A stretch of DNA of 64,000 nt from Candidatus Omnitrophota bacterium (GCA_028693815.1 JAQUUP010000003.1:1850-65849), one strand, 5' to 3'. Numbered from the stretch's first letter, positions 39,535-50,985 are shown. Notes: a model not told the origin generated them from the sequence alone. Numbers and translations: made by a program.

Positions 39535-39614
39535 ACATCCCCCTTTAAATGTTTAATGTCTATATTTTAAAATCTCTTTTTGCATGATTATCTTAGTTTA
39601 GAAAATAAAGAAAT

Positions 39615-40136
39615 TCAATATAAATTATTTTTTTTATCCTTAAGCAGTTTTTGATAAATCTCTACATCTTGCTGAGAAAAACAAGCAAAATAAACTTCCT
39701 CTAATTTGGAAGCTTTCAGGCATTCCTTTACCGCCTTAACAGCAATTTGAGCTGCCCTTAACTTTGGAAACCGATAAACACCTGTGCTAATACAAGGAAA
39801 AGCAAGCGTTCTTACCTTGTGCTCACCAGCAATCTTAAGACTACACCTGTAACAGCTATCCAACAGCCTATCTTCACCTTTTGTGCCGCCAAACCACACA
39901 GGCCCAACAGTATGAATCACATATTTAGCCAAAAGATCATATCCTTTTGTTATTTTTGCATCTCCGGTCACACATTCTTTTAGCTTACGGCACTCTTCTA
40001 AAAGCTTTGGGCCAGCCGCTCTGTGAATCGCCCCATCAACGCCACCACCTCCAAGCAAAGACCGGTTAGCCGCATTAACAATTGCATCAACCGAAAGCGT
40101 AGTAATATCTTGCAGAATAACTTGAATAGTGCACAT
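39615..40136 (-). CDS. Macro domain (O-acetyl-ADP-ribose deacetylase-like) protein
   Basis: [27 protein letters not shown] motif. The preferred start is the Met at 40136. Confidence 0.8.
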   Translation of the reverse strand: MCTIQVILQDITTLSVDAIVNAANRSLLGGGGVDGAIHRAAGPKLLEECRKLKECVTGDAKITKGYDLLAKYVIHTVGPVWFGGTKGEDRLLDSCYRCSLKIAGEHKVRTLAFPCISTGVYRFPKLRAAQIAVKAVKECLKASKLEEVYFACFSQQDVEIYQKLLKDKKNNLY

Positions 40137-40141
40137 ATGTA

Positions 40142-41527
40142 TTATGAAGAAAAAAATGGAATGAAAACAACCGATAACATCGCTAAAAACATAGTCAGAA
40201 CTCCAACGATAAAACCGACACGAAGCCATTGCATAAAATCAACCTTTAGATTTCTTTCCTTTTCTAACAGTCCTAAAGCAACGATATTCGCAGTAGATCC
40301 AATTAATGTAATGTTTCCTCCGTAACACGCACCAAAAAGAAGCGCCCACCACAAAGACTTCATGTTAACATGGAGTGCACCCAAGCTCTGAACAATCGGC
40401 ACATATGAAGCAACAGCCACAACGTTATCAACACCACTCGAAAAAAAACCGCTAGACATTAAGACAATACCAGACAAAACTTGCGGATAGCTTCCGATAG
40501 ATCCTATCATTTTCTGTGCAACAAAACTTGCAATGCCTGTTGACTGAATAACACCAGCTTGCGCAAATAAAAACATAAAAAATAAAATCGACGGCCACTC
40601 AACCTCACGTTCAATATAATGCCTTGCCTTATCATGACGATACGCCATAACAATCCCCGCCGAAATAACTGGGATCATAAAAAGCAACGTATTTTCTGTT
40701 AAACCAAGAAGCATCTCTAATCTTTTGTGTAACGAAATCAAAAGAATGGTTACCGCAAAAATTCCAATGCTGATTTTAGTGCGCCTGTCAGGTGGAATAG
40801 AAATTAAATAAAGAAAACTTTTATCATCTTGATAATCTTTGAGCTTGCCACAAACATCTTTGATGCTTCTTTGGTAATAAATAAGAATAATGCAAATTAC
40901 TAAAATTAAAGCTAATAATGATACCGGTAATGCATGAATTAAAAAATCTTCGAAAGACAGCTTGCCTCGTGCCGCAATCAAAACACCAACAGGATTTCCC
41001 AAAACAGTTGCCGCTGATCCAATGTTAGTTGCCATAATCGATGAAATAATAAGCGGGATCGGATCTACTTCTAAAAAGTCACAAATATTCAGGATAACCG
41101 TTGCCACAACAATAATAGAGGCGACCTCTCCCATAAGTCCAGACAAAAAAGCTGATGTCAACATAGTCAAAATATAAAGCTTCATTCCATTTAAGTTCTT
41201 AATACGTAAAACAAGTGTAACTAACCATGTAAAAAGACCTGCCTCTTTCATCATGCCAACAATAATCATCATGGAAATCAAAAACAAAATAACATCAAGA
41301 GAGGCGAAAAGAATAAAATCATTTAGGTGAACAGCATTCATCATCAGTAAAATACCGCTTCCGATAAAAACAAAACTTAATCGAAAATCCCAAAAGAAAA
41401 GTGTTCCTAAAACAGAGGTGGCAAATACAGAAACAATAAGCGCCTGCTGAGTGCTAAGACCAATATACGCACCCAAAGCACCAATTGCTAATGAAAGTGT
41501 AATAAGCCATAAGAATTTCTTACGCAT
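40142..41527 (-). CDS. ArsB/NhaD superfamily permease
   Basis: 461-aa polytopic membrane protein with an internal two-fold repeat typical of the ion transporter superfamily. Confidence 0.55.
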   Translation of the reverse strand: MRKKFLWLITLSLAIGALGAYIGLSTQQALIVSVFATSVLGTLFFWDFRLSFVFIGSGILLMMNAVHLNDFILFASLDVILFLISMMIIVGMMKEAGLFTWLVTLVLRIKNLNGMKLYILTMLTSAFLSGLMGEVASIIVVATVILNICDFLEVDPIPLIISSIMATNIGSAATVLGNPVGVLIAARGKLSFEDFLIHALPVSLLALILVICIILIYYQRSIKDVCGKLKDYQDDKSFLYLISIPPDRRTKISIGIFAVTILLISLHKRLEMLLGLTENTLLFMIPVISAGIVMAYRHDKARHYIEREVEWPSILFFMFLFAQAGVIQSTGIASFVAQKMIGSIGSYPQVLSGIVLMSSGFFSSGVDNVVAVASYVPIVQSLGALHVNMKSLWWALLFGACYGGNITLIGSTANIVALGLLEKERNLKVDFMQWLRVGFIVGVLTMFLAMLSVVFIPFFSS

Positions 41528-41755
41528 AGAACCTTCCTTTTATTGTTAATCTCATCTCTAATAAAAAAATCATCAATATATTTTAAAACATTTCTTTAAC
41601 ATCGGTTAAAGAAAAGAACATTTGCCTCTGCTGCCCCTTTGAGTCAAATTGATTCTCTAAATAAACAATTAAATTCTTAAACCCTTAGATAGAATAAGCT
41701 AACATTCGGATTTACTTTGCGGAAGGAATACTTAAAACCAAGCCGCGGCAATAGA

Positions 41756-42112
41756 TTATTTCTTGTCAATAACCTGAATTAAAATTGTAACTTTTTGACC
41801 TTCTGGATTAGCGGTCAGCTCAACATAAACATTGTCTCCCGGAAACAACTCATCCATCTCAACCTCATTACCATTCTTCGTGATTTTTGTTTCAGAATCT
41901 ATGAAACAATTAACCTCTTCAAAGCTTTCGGCAAGTTTACTCATAGTACGTTTAACAATAACCATCGATACATCTGGATCAATGTCATAAATCTCGCCAT
42001 GAAAAGAATATTCTGTATCTTGAGCATAACTAAACAAATTTAAGAAACTGCTAAAAAGTAACATCAATACAAAACATATCACAAAAGAAATAATAACTGC
42101 CGTCCTCTTCAT
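41756..42112 (-). CDS. Hypothetical secreted protein
   Basis: Signal peptide; 118 aa. Confidence 0.4.
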   Translation of the reverse strand: MKRTAVIISFVICFVLMLLFSSFLNLFSYAQDTEYSFHGEIYDIDPDVSMVIVKRTMSKLAESFEEVNCFIDSETKITKNGNEVEMDELFPGDNVYVELTANPEGQKVTILIQVIDKK

Positions 42113-42164
42113 GCATCTCCTTCTCTTATTTTAAACTAAACCAATAACATGCACATGTCACATT

Positions 42165-42521
42165 TTATTCTGCCACAACAAGAGAGCCTTCTAAAAAACC
42201 ACCTTCTTTCGCATAAACCGCAACTTTAATAACATCGCCAACCTTAGCCGTAACTGCAATATCTTGAATAAACATTAAATGGTCTCTCTGTTTGCCATAA
42301 TATTTCTTCTCAGGTACTCCTCTATTAATCGATATTGTCACTTTATGAATATACTCATTATTTCGATTATCGCAAACATGCTCTACCTCAACATGCAACA
42401 TCTGGCTCTGAAGATCGTAGCTTAAATTCATGTTTCTTGGCGGCTTAGCTTTAGCAACATTCACCATTACAAAAAACCCTACAACAACCATCAATATAAT
42501 TAGTATCTTTTGTCTGCTCAC
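42165..42521 (-). CDS. Hypothetical secreted protein
   Basis: Signal peptide; 118 aa. Confidence 0.4.
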   Translation of the reverse strand: MSRQKILIILMVVVGFFVMVNVAKAKPPRNMNLSYDLQSQMLHVEVEHVCDNRNNEYIHKVTISINRGVPEKKYYGKQRDHLMFIQDIAVTAKVGDVIKVAVYAKEGGFLEGSLVVAE

Positions 42522-42599
42522 TTAACTCCTCTTAAAAATAAATTAAACAAATACAACGAATTTACCCCAGGCTTAACTCTCAGAAATAAAAAGATCTCC

Positions 42600-43274
42600 T
42601 TACTTCTTTTTCGGATCAGGCGGAACATCTTTCGTCTTAAAAAGAATTTTCCAAGGATTTCGCTTTAAGTCATCACTAAACTCTTCAAAATTCTGAGATG
42701 TTTCTTCAAAATTCTTTATTGTTTGGCGCAAGCCTTCCTGATTATCAGAAATAGTATCATTTAAATTCGCAAGAAGCGAATCAAAATTCTTTATAGCCAT
42801 GTTAATATTTTCTTTGTTTTCCTCAGCAATGGCATTTAAATTTCGAATAAAAACATCTAAATCAATATAGTCTTCACCTTTAAGAATTGCTCCAGAAGAA
42901 ACAAAATTACTATTATCTGAAGACATAATCTGAATATATTTCTCCCCCATTAATCCCATCATCTTAATCGATATCTTTGAACCTTCTCGAATCTTTGCTT
43001 GGTTTTCAAGCCAAAGCTTTAAGGTGATCTGTGTTTTTCCATCCTTATAAGATGGAGTAATTTCGTCTACCTTCCCGACCTCAAGACCATTGAGCATAAC
43101 AGGCGCTTTCGGCTCGAGCCCTGCAGATTCCTCAAAAACAACAGAAACAAAATATCCTTTGTCGCTTTTAATATCAAGCTTACCAGTGCTATACATCATA
43201 TAAAGAAATCCTAAAACACAAAAAATAACAAAAAACCCTACCTTAAATTCATTAGTCCATTTCTTTTTTCTCAT
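42600..43274 (-). CDS. mlaD: MCE-domain protein MlaD
   Basis: N-terminal TM followed by an MCE domain (VSVVFEESAGLEPKAPVMLNGLEVGKVDEI). Confidence 0.8.
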   Translation of the reverse strand: MRKKKWTNEFKVGFFVIFCVLGFLYMMYSTGKLDIKSDKGYFVSVVFEESAGLEPKAPVMLNGLEVGKVDEITPSYKDGKTQITLKLWLENQAKIREGSKISIKMMGLMGEKYIQIMSSDNSNFVSSGAILKGEDYIDLDVFIRNLNAIAEENKENINMAIKNFDSLLANLNDTISDNQEGLRQTIKNFEETSQNFEEFSDDLKRNPWKILFKTKDVPPDPKKK

Positions 43275-43401
43275 AACACTCCCCTTAAATGAGCAGTTAA
43301 GTTACAAAGCTTAAAAAGCGACGCAACTTAGAGCTGCGAATTTACTCCGCACGTGAAACGTGTCAGAGTTTCATTAAATAGATATTTTGCAAAAACTAAA
43401 T

Positions 43402-44214
43402 TTACAAGACAGCTTCTTGCCCAGATTCTTTTTGTTCTTCAATAAAATTAATCGGTCCATCTGGATTCCCATTAATAAACTGACGCACAAAAGGATTTTT
43501 AGAATCTTTGATCTCCTGCGGCGTTCCGATCTCAATTACACGTCCTTGGTGAATCATAGCAATACGATCTGCAATCTTAAAAACGCTATGCATGTCATGC
43601 GTCACCACGACAGATGTAATCATCAGCTTAACGCTTAAGTCCTTAATTAATTTATCAGTAATACCGCCGACGACAGGATCAAGACCGCTTGTCGGTTCAT
43701 CATAAAATACAATATCTGGATCAAGCGCGATCGCACGAGCTAGCCCAACACGTTTGCGCATCCCACCTGAGATTTCAGACGGATAATAATGCTCAAATCC
43801 TCTTAATCCCACAAGAGACAATTTCATTTTGATGATAATTTCAATAATTTCATCTGCCAGCTTAGTGTGCTCACGCAATGGAAGAGCAACATTTTCTTCG
43901 ATTGTTAAAGAATCCAAAAGCGCAGAATACTGGAAAGACATACCAAACGTCTTTTTAACTTCGTCTAATTCATTAGGAGAAATATCAGCGATATTTTTAC
44001 CCTTAATAAAAATATTGCCTTGATCGGGACAAATCGCACCTGTCATATGACGCAACAGTGTGCTTTTCCCCGACCCCGAACAACCCATGATCACAAACGT
44101 CTCTCCACAAACAACATCTAAAGAAACATTATCTATAATTTTTCTACCCTGAAAAGATTTTGTGACATTTTCGAGAGAAACAACACTTTGGCCATGACAC
44201 TCTTTAATAGTCAT
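43402..44214 (-). CDS. mlaF: ABC transporter ATP-binding protein MlaF
   Basis: Walker A GCSGSGKST, ABC signature LSGGMRKRV and Walker B. Confidence 0.85.
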   Translation of the reverse strand: MTIKECHGQSVVSLENVTKSFQGRKIIDNVSLDVVCGETFVIMGCSGSGKSTLLRHMTGAICPDQGNIFIKGKNIADISPNELDEVKKTFGMSFQYSALLDSLTIEENVALPLREHTKLADEIIEIIIKMKLSLVGLRGFEHYYPSEISGGMRKRVGLARAIALDPDIVFYDEPTSGLDPVVGGITDKLIKDLSVKLMITSVVVTHDMHSVFKIADRIAMIHQGRVIEIGTPQEIKDSKNPFVRQFINGNPDGPINFIEEQKESGQEAVL

Positions 44215-44240
44215 AAAACTCCCATTTTAATAATCTTAAA

Positions 44241-45026
44241 TTAATTAAAGAAATAAAAAAATGCTGTTAGCAAACAATCCGCCGCAATAATCAAAATAAA
44301 GCTAATGACAACGCTACGCGTTGTCGCGCGCCCAACCCCCTCTGCTCCGCCTTTAGTCGTTAGTCCTTCATAGCATGAAACCAATGCAATAATAATACCG
44401 AAGACAAATGCCTTTAGGAGCCCCGTGTTGATATCTTTAAGTTCTAAATATTTAAATGTGACCTGCATATATAAATCAGGATTGATGTTCATGCTTCCAG
44501 TCCCAATTAAAAATCCTCCGAAAATGCCAGAAAGATTTCCCAATACCGTTAACGCTGGAAGCATCACAACCAAAGCTAAAAACCGGGGAACAGCAAGAAA
44601 ACGAACAGGATTAATCGCCATTGTCTCAAGAGCTTCGATTTGCTCTGTGACCTTCATGGTCCCAAGTTCTGCTGCGATCGCAGAACCTGCACGACCAGCA
44701 ACAACCAAAGCCGTTAAAACAGGCGAAAGCTCTCGGCACAAAGACACCGCAACTAACGATGCCACATAAAGCTTTGCACCCATTTTCTCTAGAATATAAG
44801 CACTTTGCATCGCAAGAACAATCCCTGTAAAAAAATCAACAAAGAAAACAATTACAATAGAACAAATCCCAACAAAAATCATCTGGTGAGTAATACTTTC
44901 TCTTCGAGAAAACTTGCCTAAAAAAGGACCCACGAAAAGCCAATAAAGAATATCAACAAAAAGAATAACAACACCTTTTACCCAAAGTGCATATTCAATA
45001 ATAAATCTTCCCAAATAACTAATCAT
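44241..45026 (-). CDS. mlaE: ABC transporter permease MlaE
   Basis: 261-aa MlaE/YrbE-like permease. Confidence 0.85.
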   Translation of the reverse strand: MISYLGRFIIEYALWVKGVVILFVDILYWLFVGPFLGKFSRRESITHQMIFVGICSIVIVFFVDFFTGIVLAMQSAYILEKMGAKLYVASLVAVSLCRELSPVLTALVVAGRAGSAIAAELGTMKVTEQIEALETMAINPVRFLAVPRFLALVVMLPALTVLGNLSGIFGGFLIGTGSMNINPDLYMQVTFKYLELKDINTGLLKAFVFGIIIALVSCYEGLTTKGGAEGVGRATTRSVVISFILIIAADCLLTAFFYFFN

Positions 45027-45358
45027 GCAAAATCCCCTATGGCTTTTTCTTTGGAATCATAAATCTCAAAAAGCTTATTTAATTTTGTAATCTCAAAGAT
45101 ATTCTTAACTTTTTGATCCAACTGGCTTATTTTCAAATGACCGTCAATTCTTTTAAGCCTTTGAAACATTTCAATCAATGTCGCGAGACCCGAGCTGTCA
45201 ATGTATGGCACGGCACTAAAATCAACCACAACTTTTTTTTCATTCGTAGAAATAAGCTGATCAAATGCTTTGCGCAAGTCCGGAGAATTATTGATATCGA
45301 TCTCTCCGGTAATCGTGCAAAGAGCAACGTCATTATTCTTTTGAATATTAATTTCCAC
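45023..45358 (-). CDS. STAS-domain protein (anti-sigma-factor antagonist / MlaB-like)
   Basis: SpoIIAA-like fold with the phospho-acceptor motif DSSGL. Confidence 0.75.
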   Translation of the reverse strand: MEINIQKNNDVALCTITGEIDINNSPDLRKAFDQLISTNEKKVVVDFSAVPYIDSSGLATLIEMFQRLKRIDGHLKISQLDQKVKNIFEITKLNKLFEIYDSKEKAIGDFA

Positions 45359-45767
45359 AAGAACTCTCCTTGTTTAAAAATTTTATCATCTTTAGCCTGC
45401 GACCTCCATCAAAAAACTCAACTTTATCCATCTGCTCTTTAATCAAAAAAACGCCTCTTCCGCAAAGCTTGCACAAATTTTTTTCAATCGTTGGATCCTC
45501 AAGGCTCCCTAAATCAAAACCTTGCCCTTGATCCTCAAGATCAATCTCAATGCAATCTGAGTTTATTCTAACTTGAGTTGTAACGTTTAATCTTTCATCA
45601 AGTTTATTTCCGTGCTTAATAGAATTAACCAGAGCCTCCTCGAGACATAGCTTTATTTCAAATATTTTTTGTTCTTCGATTTTGTTTCTTTTAAGAAGAG
45701 AAACAACCTCAGAAAGAAAATCCGGGATCACATTAAGGCGAGATGGTAATATTCTTAAAATTTCCAT
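45348..45767 (-). CDS. Anti-sigma regulatory factor-like Ser/Thr kinase (RsbW/SpoIIAB-type HATPase)
   Basis: N-box EALVNSIKHG and G-box DQGQGF of GHKL-type partner-switching kinases. It overlaps the STAS gene. Confidence 0.7.
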   Translation of the reverse strand: MEILRILPSRLNVIPDFLSEVVSLLKRNKIEEQKIFEIKLCLEEALVNSIKHGNKLDERLNVTTQVRINSDCIEIDLEDQGQGFDLGSLEDPTIEKNLCKLCGRGVFLIKEQMDKVEFFDGGRRLKMIKFLNKESSCGN

Positions 45768-46086
45768 ATTTGACTTGAAAGCCTATCTTAAGAAAGAATT
45801 TATGAAATTGTGGATTTCTTGTATTATATCGATATTTATATTTAGTAGCAAGAAAATAAAGGAAGGGTTTTAAAATAAGGGATAACTATTAGAATATCTT
45901 GCCTGCCCATAAAGCAATAACGATTTCAATTCACAGATTCCCTGTTTTTACTAATTCAATAGATCCGACAAAGAGGAATTCTTGCTCTTTTTTGCTGCTA
46001 GATTTCCAGCATTACTACTGCAAATATTTTATTCCCCTTATAAAATTTGAGAACCACCCAATCAACAAAATAACATATGCCAATAA

Positions 46087-46557
46087 TTATTTATTTTTAC
46101 GTTTATAGAAAGGAGAGTCTTTTCTTGGGGCAACATTTCTTTTTTTGTCGCCAAACTTCTTTTTAAAAGGACGATCTTCACTAGATCTCGTCTCTCGGTT
46201 ACCATCATAATCTTTCTTTGGACCACCAAAACCTCGAGCGCCCTCTCCAGGACGGTTTTCAGAACGATAACTAGACCGAAAGCTTCTTTCTCCAGATCCT
46301 TCGCTCTGAGATCTACTCTTAGAATAATGACTCAGACGATAAGGCCGATCAGGCGACGGGAACGATCTTGACTGATATTTTTCCCTAGAAGATTTTTCTC
46401 GAGACTGACTAATCAAAATATCTATCTTTTTATCTAAAGAATCCAACTGCTGACGCATCTTTTTGATCAAAGCAAAAACATCAGGTTCAGCGTTCTGAGA
46501 CGTTGATTCATCGTCATTTTTTAACTGCTCACTCATTTTTTCTCTTTTCTTTAACAA
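46087..46557 (-). CDS. Hypothetical RS/RG-rich low-complexity protein
   Basis: N-terminal coiled coil followed by an SR/RS/RG-rich disordered tail. Confidence 0.4.
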   Translation of the reverse strand: MLKKREKMSEQLKNDDESTSQNAEPDVFALIKKMRQQLDSLDKKIDILISQSREKSSREKYQSRSFPSPDRPYRLSHYSKSRSQSEGSGERSFRSSYRSENRPGEGARGFGGPKKDYDGNRETRSSEDRPFKKKFGDKKRNVAPRKDSPFYKRKNK

Positions 46558-46593
46558 ATAACTCTTTAAAAAACTTTCTTTTGCAATACATCG

Positions 46594-47463
46594 TTAACTG
46601 CCATTTTTATCCCTTTTTAAAGGCAATACTCCGGCCATCTCCCCAATGACATTAACCAACTCTGTATCTTGAGGAATAACAATTTTAGCATTATTTTCCA
46701 AGGAAACTTCCACCGTCTGAAGCTTTCTTAAAAGCTGCGCGTTTCCGACAAAATATTTATCGGCCGCCTCATTAACCAACTGGATCGCTTCGGCTTCACC
46801 TTGAGCTTGTAAAATACGGGCCTGCCTAACACCTTCAGCTTCTTTAATCTTTGCCCTCTTTTCACCATCAGCAACAGTTTCTCGAGCTGTTGCAAAATCA
46901 ACCGCAGCAACTTTCTCATTTTCCGCTTTAACAACCTTGTTCATTGTTTCCTGTACGTCTTGCGGTGGCTCAATTTCTTTAAGCTCTGTGCGAACAATTT
47001 CTATTCCCCAACTTTGAGTTTCCTCTTTAAGGGTTGCATGTAATTCAGAGTTAATTTTACCTCTCTCGCTATTAGCAGATTTTAAAGTTAATGTACCAAT
47101 AATATTTCTTAATGTTGTCCGTGCTAAATTAACAATTTGCCACTGATAATTATTCACATTATATTGCGAACTCTTAACGCTCTCTTCCTCAAGTTTAACT
47201 TTAAAATAGACCTGTGCATCAACGCTGGCATTCAAGTTATCATTTGTAATAATTTCTTGGCGTTCCGCATCAATCATTTGTTCGGTTATGTTCACAATAT
47301 ACATTTTTTCAATAATAGGAAAAATCCAATGAAACCCTGGTCCTGCAAAGCGATCATATTTACCAAGTCTCTCAACCAAGCCTCGGTGTGTCGGTCTTAT
47401 AATCTTTATGCCATTAAAAAATACAAAAATTACAGCCCCAACCAAGAAATACATAATATTCAT
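46594..47463 (-). CDS. SPFH/Band 7 (stomatin/HflK-like) membrane protein
   Basis: N-terminal TM followed by IIRPTHRGLVERLGKY and the SPFH core. Confidence 0.8.
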   Translation of the reverse strand: MNIMYFLVGAVIFVFFNGIKIIRPTHRGLVERLGKYDRFAGPGFHWIFPIIEKMYIVNITEQMIDAERQEIITNDNLNASVDAQVYFKVKLEEESVKSSQYNVNNYQWQIVNLARTTLRNIIGTLTLKSANSERGKINSELHATLKEETQSWGIEIVRTELKEIEPPQDVQETMNKVVKAENEKVAAVDFATARETVADGEKRAKIKEAEGVRQARILQAQGEAEAIQLVNEAADKYFVGNAQLLRKLQTVEVSLENNAKIVIPQDTELVNVIGEMAGVLPLKRDKNGS

Positions 47464-47731
47464 AATCTGCCCCTTTCCTTAATTTAAAAATATTTACTTT
47501 ATTTATAGTTACCAAATTGTTATTCGAAGTGCAATTATTATATATAGCAAATCAAAGACAGTAAAGGTTAATTTATCGACTAAAAATCCTCTGCACTCTA
47601 AAAGCAAGATTAGAAAATTTTTCTCGAAACTACTATCAACGGGGTGACCAGGCGAACTAAATTAAAACTTTTTTGCCGGCAAATCACGGCGTTGCGCCAT
47701 AGCCTTGATCCCACACACATCTTTTTTATTT

Positions 47732-49621
47732 CTACGCACCCAATTCTTCCAACTGTTCCCATCGCTGATAAGCTTTGGAAAGCTCATCAACAATCACCTT
47801 AGAACGTATCTGGGCTGCTACTGCTTTTTGAGGATCTTTTTGATATAAGCCGATATCACTTATAAGTGCGCAAATCTTTTCTTGTTCTTCCTCAAGCTTC
47901 TGAATTTGATTAGGTAACTTTTCTAACTCTTTTTGTTCGTTAAAGGAAAGCTTACGCCTAACAATCCCTTCTTCTGCTCTTTTAAGTTTAGGATTCACTT
48001 TAAGCTTAGATTTCTTTAGTTTGTTTACTTTGCTCTGAAAAAGCCAATCATCATAACCACCAGCATATTCATAAACGTCCCCTTTGCCTTCAACAACAAT
48101 CGTCGACGTAATCACATTATCTAAAAAAACACGATCGTGACTCACTAAAATCAAAGTCCCAGAATACTCCATCAAAAGCTCTTCAAGCAACTCCTGAGTT
48201 TCAATATCCAAATCATTCGTTGGCTCATCCATTATCAAAAAATTAAAAGGCTTCGTAAAAAGACGAGCCAAAAGAATGCGATTGCGCTCACCACCTGAAA
48301 GAACTTTGACAGGAGTCCGCGCCCGATCTGGTGTAAACAAAAAATCCTGTAAATACCCAATGGCATGTTTTGGCTTTCCGTTGATCATCACGGTGTCTCC
48401 ACCTCTGGTAACATTTTCAATAACAGTCTTTTCTTCATCTAATTGTTCGCGCAGCTGATCATAATAAAGAACTTCTAAATTTGTACCCAAACGAACCTTG
48501 CCTTTGTGTGGCTGCAATTCATTCATTAAAAGACGCAACAATGTCGTCTTGCCGCTACCATTCGCGCCAATGACACCAATCCTGTCTCCGCGCATAATTT
48601 GGGCTGAAAAATCTTTAATAATACAATCGTCTCCATAACTAAAACTTAAGTGTTCGACCTTAACAACCAAACGACCCGAAGCACCAGCTTCTTGAGCTTG
48701 AATGCGCGCTTGACCAATTTGCTCACGTTGAGCTTTTTTCTCTTCACGCATATGCTCAAGAGCCTTAACCCGTCCTTCATTGCGCGTACGTCGCGCTTTG
48801 ATGCCTTTGCAAATCCATACTTCTTCTTCAGCCAATTTTTTAGCAAAAACAACACGCTGAGCAGATTCAACTTCCAACGCCATTTGTTTACGTTTCAAAA
48901 ATGTTGGATAATCGCACGTCCAGTTAAAAATCTTGCCACGATCAAGCTCCATAATACGAGTTGCTAAATTAGTCATAAATCTGCGATCATGTGTAACAAA
49001 AAATAATGTGCCAGAATAATTCTTTAGAAAATCTTCCAACCAATTAATCGTATCAATATCCAAATGATTGGTAGGCTCATCAAGAAGTAAAATCTCGGGC
49101 TTAATCACTAGCGCTTTAGCCAAAAGCACTCTGCGCTTTTGTCCACCTGATAAAGTTTCAAAATCATCTTCCCCGTTTAACTTCAAATGAGAAAGCACAT
49201 TCTCCGTTTCAGCATCTAGATCCCACCCGTCGGTATGGTTGAGCTCTTCTTGCAAGCGGTCAAGCTCTTGCATAAGCTTAGATGTATTCTCAGTGTGTAA
49301 ACGATGGACGACGTGATGATAATCGCTCAAAAGCTTAGCGCGTTCCCCAAGACCAGAAAATACAATATCAAATACTGTACCTTTAATGTCATGTGGCACT
49401 TCCTGCGGTAAATGCGTAACCTTAATATTTTTTTGATAAATGATCTCGCCCGAAAAAACTTCTATTTGGCCAGCCATAACTTTCATCAGTGTGGTTTTGC
49501 CAGTGCCATTTCGACCAAGCAAAGCTACCCTCTCGCCTAGCTCCAACTGCAAGCTTACCCCGTCAAACAATAACGGTCCACCAAATGCGAGTGAAATTTC
49601 TTGCAAACTAATAAGTGCCAT
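47732..49621 (-). CDS. ABC-F family ATPase (Uup/EttA-like)
   Basis: Two ABC cassettes (GRNGTGKTT, GANGSGKTT), an inter-domain linker and a C-terminal coiled coil. Confidence 0.85.
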   Translation of the reverse strand: MALISLQEISLAFGGPLLFDGVSLQLELGERVALLGRNGTGKTTLMKVMAGQIEVFSGEIIYQKNIKVTHLPQEVPHDIKGTVFDIVFSGLGERAKLLSDYHHVVHRLHTENTSKLMQELDRLQEELNHTDGWDLDAETENVLSHLKLNGEDDFETLSGGQKRRVLLAKALVIKPEILLLDEPTNHLDIDTINWLEDFLKNYSGTLFFVTHDRRFMTNLATRIMELDRGKIFNWTCDYPTFLKRKQMALEVESAQRVVFAKKLAEEEVWICKGIKARRTRNEGRVKALEHMREEKKAQREQIGQARIQAQEAGASGRLVVKVEHLSFSYGDDCIIKDFSAQIMRGDRIGVIGANGSGKTTLLRLLMNELQPHKGKVRLGTNLEVLYYDQLREQLDEEKTVIENVTRGGDTVMINGKPKHAIGYLQDFLFTPDRARTPVKVLSGGERNRILLARLFTKPFNFLIMDEPTNDLDIETQELLEELLMEYSGTLILVSHDRVFLDNVITSTIVVEGKGDVYEYAGGYDDWLFQSKVNKLKKSKLKVNPKLKRAEEGIVRRKLSFNEQKELEKLPNQIQKLEEEQEKICALISDIGLYQKDPQKAVAAQIRSKVIVDELSKAYQRWEQLEELGA

Positions 49622-49704
49622 AATTTTCCTTTAAACCCATTACCCTTTTTCAAAAATAATTATCCTTATTTATGCGCTTATTTACAAATTAAGTTTTGCC
49701 AACC

Positions 49705-50985
49705 TTAAACTTTTTCCCTTCCAGATCTTTTAATGTCTCGCTCCCTATGTCTCTCTTCCTTAGCAGCAGCCACGCGCGCTTTATCTTTTTTGCTCATACG
49801 CAAACCTTTGACAGGAGGCTTACCTTTCGCTTTTAGCAAAGGATCTCCCTTTAATTCAAAACCATTTATAGATTCTCTTTTTAAACGCATCTGCGTTCTT
49901 TTTTCAATTAATGCAAAATGTGCCTGATCTTCATGACCAATAAAAGTTATTGCTTCTCCGGGCTCTCCCGCCCTTGCCGTACGCCCAATGCGATGAATAT
50001 AATCATCTGGCGAGCGAGGCAAATCATAATTAACGACATACGGCAATTTATTAATATCAATCCCGCGGGCAGCTAAATCTGTTGCAACTAAAACATTAAA
50101 TTTCTTTTTCTTAAAATCACCTAAAACTTGCGTTCGTTGCGCCTGAGTTAGTCCACCATGAAAGGCTTCTGCATCAATGTTCAGCTTATTAAGTTTCGCA
50201 GCCATAACATCAGAGTCTCGCGCCTTTGCCACAAAAACCAACACGTGTTGCCAGCCTTCCACTTGAATCAAATGACGCAACAACGGCCCTCTATTAAAAC
50301 GATTGACTTCAATAGCCCGCTGGCAAATATGATCAACCGTTAAAACAGTATCTTCTATTTTAATATTCACAGCTTCAGGCATAAAACTCTGCGCTAATGC
50401 TTGAACCTTATCGCTCATCGTTGCTGAAAATAATAAATTCTGCCTTTTCTTCGGCAATAAATTTAAAACAGATTCTATTTCTTTGGAAAATCCCAAATCA
50501 AACATCTTATCAGCTTCATCAATAACCAAAAATCTAAGAAAATTAAAATCAACTCTCTGACGCTGCGCCACATCCAATAGCCGCCCTGGTGTCGCCACAA
50601 CAATATCCACTCCATGAATTAAAGCTCTTGATTGCACATCAATGTTCGATCCACCAACAATCAATGCCGTCTTTTTTGGCTTAGTTAAATGTCGTCCATA
50701 AATTTTTATCACACTGCTAACCTGACCAGCTAATTCGCGCGTTGGCATCAAAATAAGCGCCTTGATCGTTTTGCGTTCTTGATCAGGACAGTCCTGCAAT
50801 AACTGTAAAATCGGCAACACAAAACTCGCTGTTTTTCCTGTTCCTGTCTTAGCTTCAGCAATGACATTCTTCCCATCAAGAATAAATGGAATAACTTGCG
50901 CCTGAATGTCTGTTGGTTTCTGATATCCAGCATATTCCACAGCCTTCAATAAATCTTTAGATAATCCTAATATTGAAAATGACAT
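49705..50985 (-). CDS. DEAD-box ATP-dependent RNA helicase
   Basis: Q-motif, AKTGTGKT, DEAD, SAT and HRIGRTAR motifs. Confidence 0.9.
   Translation of the reverse strand: MSFSILGLSKDLLKAVEYAGYQKPTDIQAQVIPFILDGKNVIAEAKTGTGKTASFVLPILQLLQDCPDQERKTIKALILMPTRELAGQVSSVIKIYGRHLTKPKKTALIVGGSNIDVQSRALIHGVDIVVATPGRLLDVAQRQRVDFNFLRFLVIDEADKMFDLGFSKEIESVLNLLPKKRQNLLFSATMSDKVQALAQSFMPEAVNIKIEDTVLTVDHICQRAIEVNRFNRGPLLRHLIQVEGWQHVLVFVAKARDSDVMAAKLNKLNIDAEAFHGGLTQAQRTQVLGDFKKKKFNVLVATDLAARGIDINKLPYVVNYDLPRSPDDYIHRIGRTARAGEPGEAITFIGHEDQAHFALIEKRTQMRLKRESINGFELKGDPLLKAKGKPPVKGLRMSKKDKARVAAAKEERHRERDIKRSGREKV

Noticed and set aside
47672-47683. Perfect palindrome TTTGCCGGCAAA downstream of the ABC-F gene
   Set aside because: It has no loop, so it cannot form a proper terminator hairpin. 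At best it is a weak 4-bp stem followed by an A/T run. I did not annotate it as a terminator or operator.
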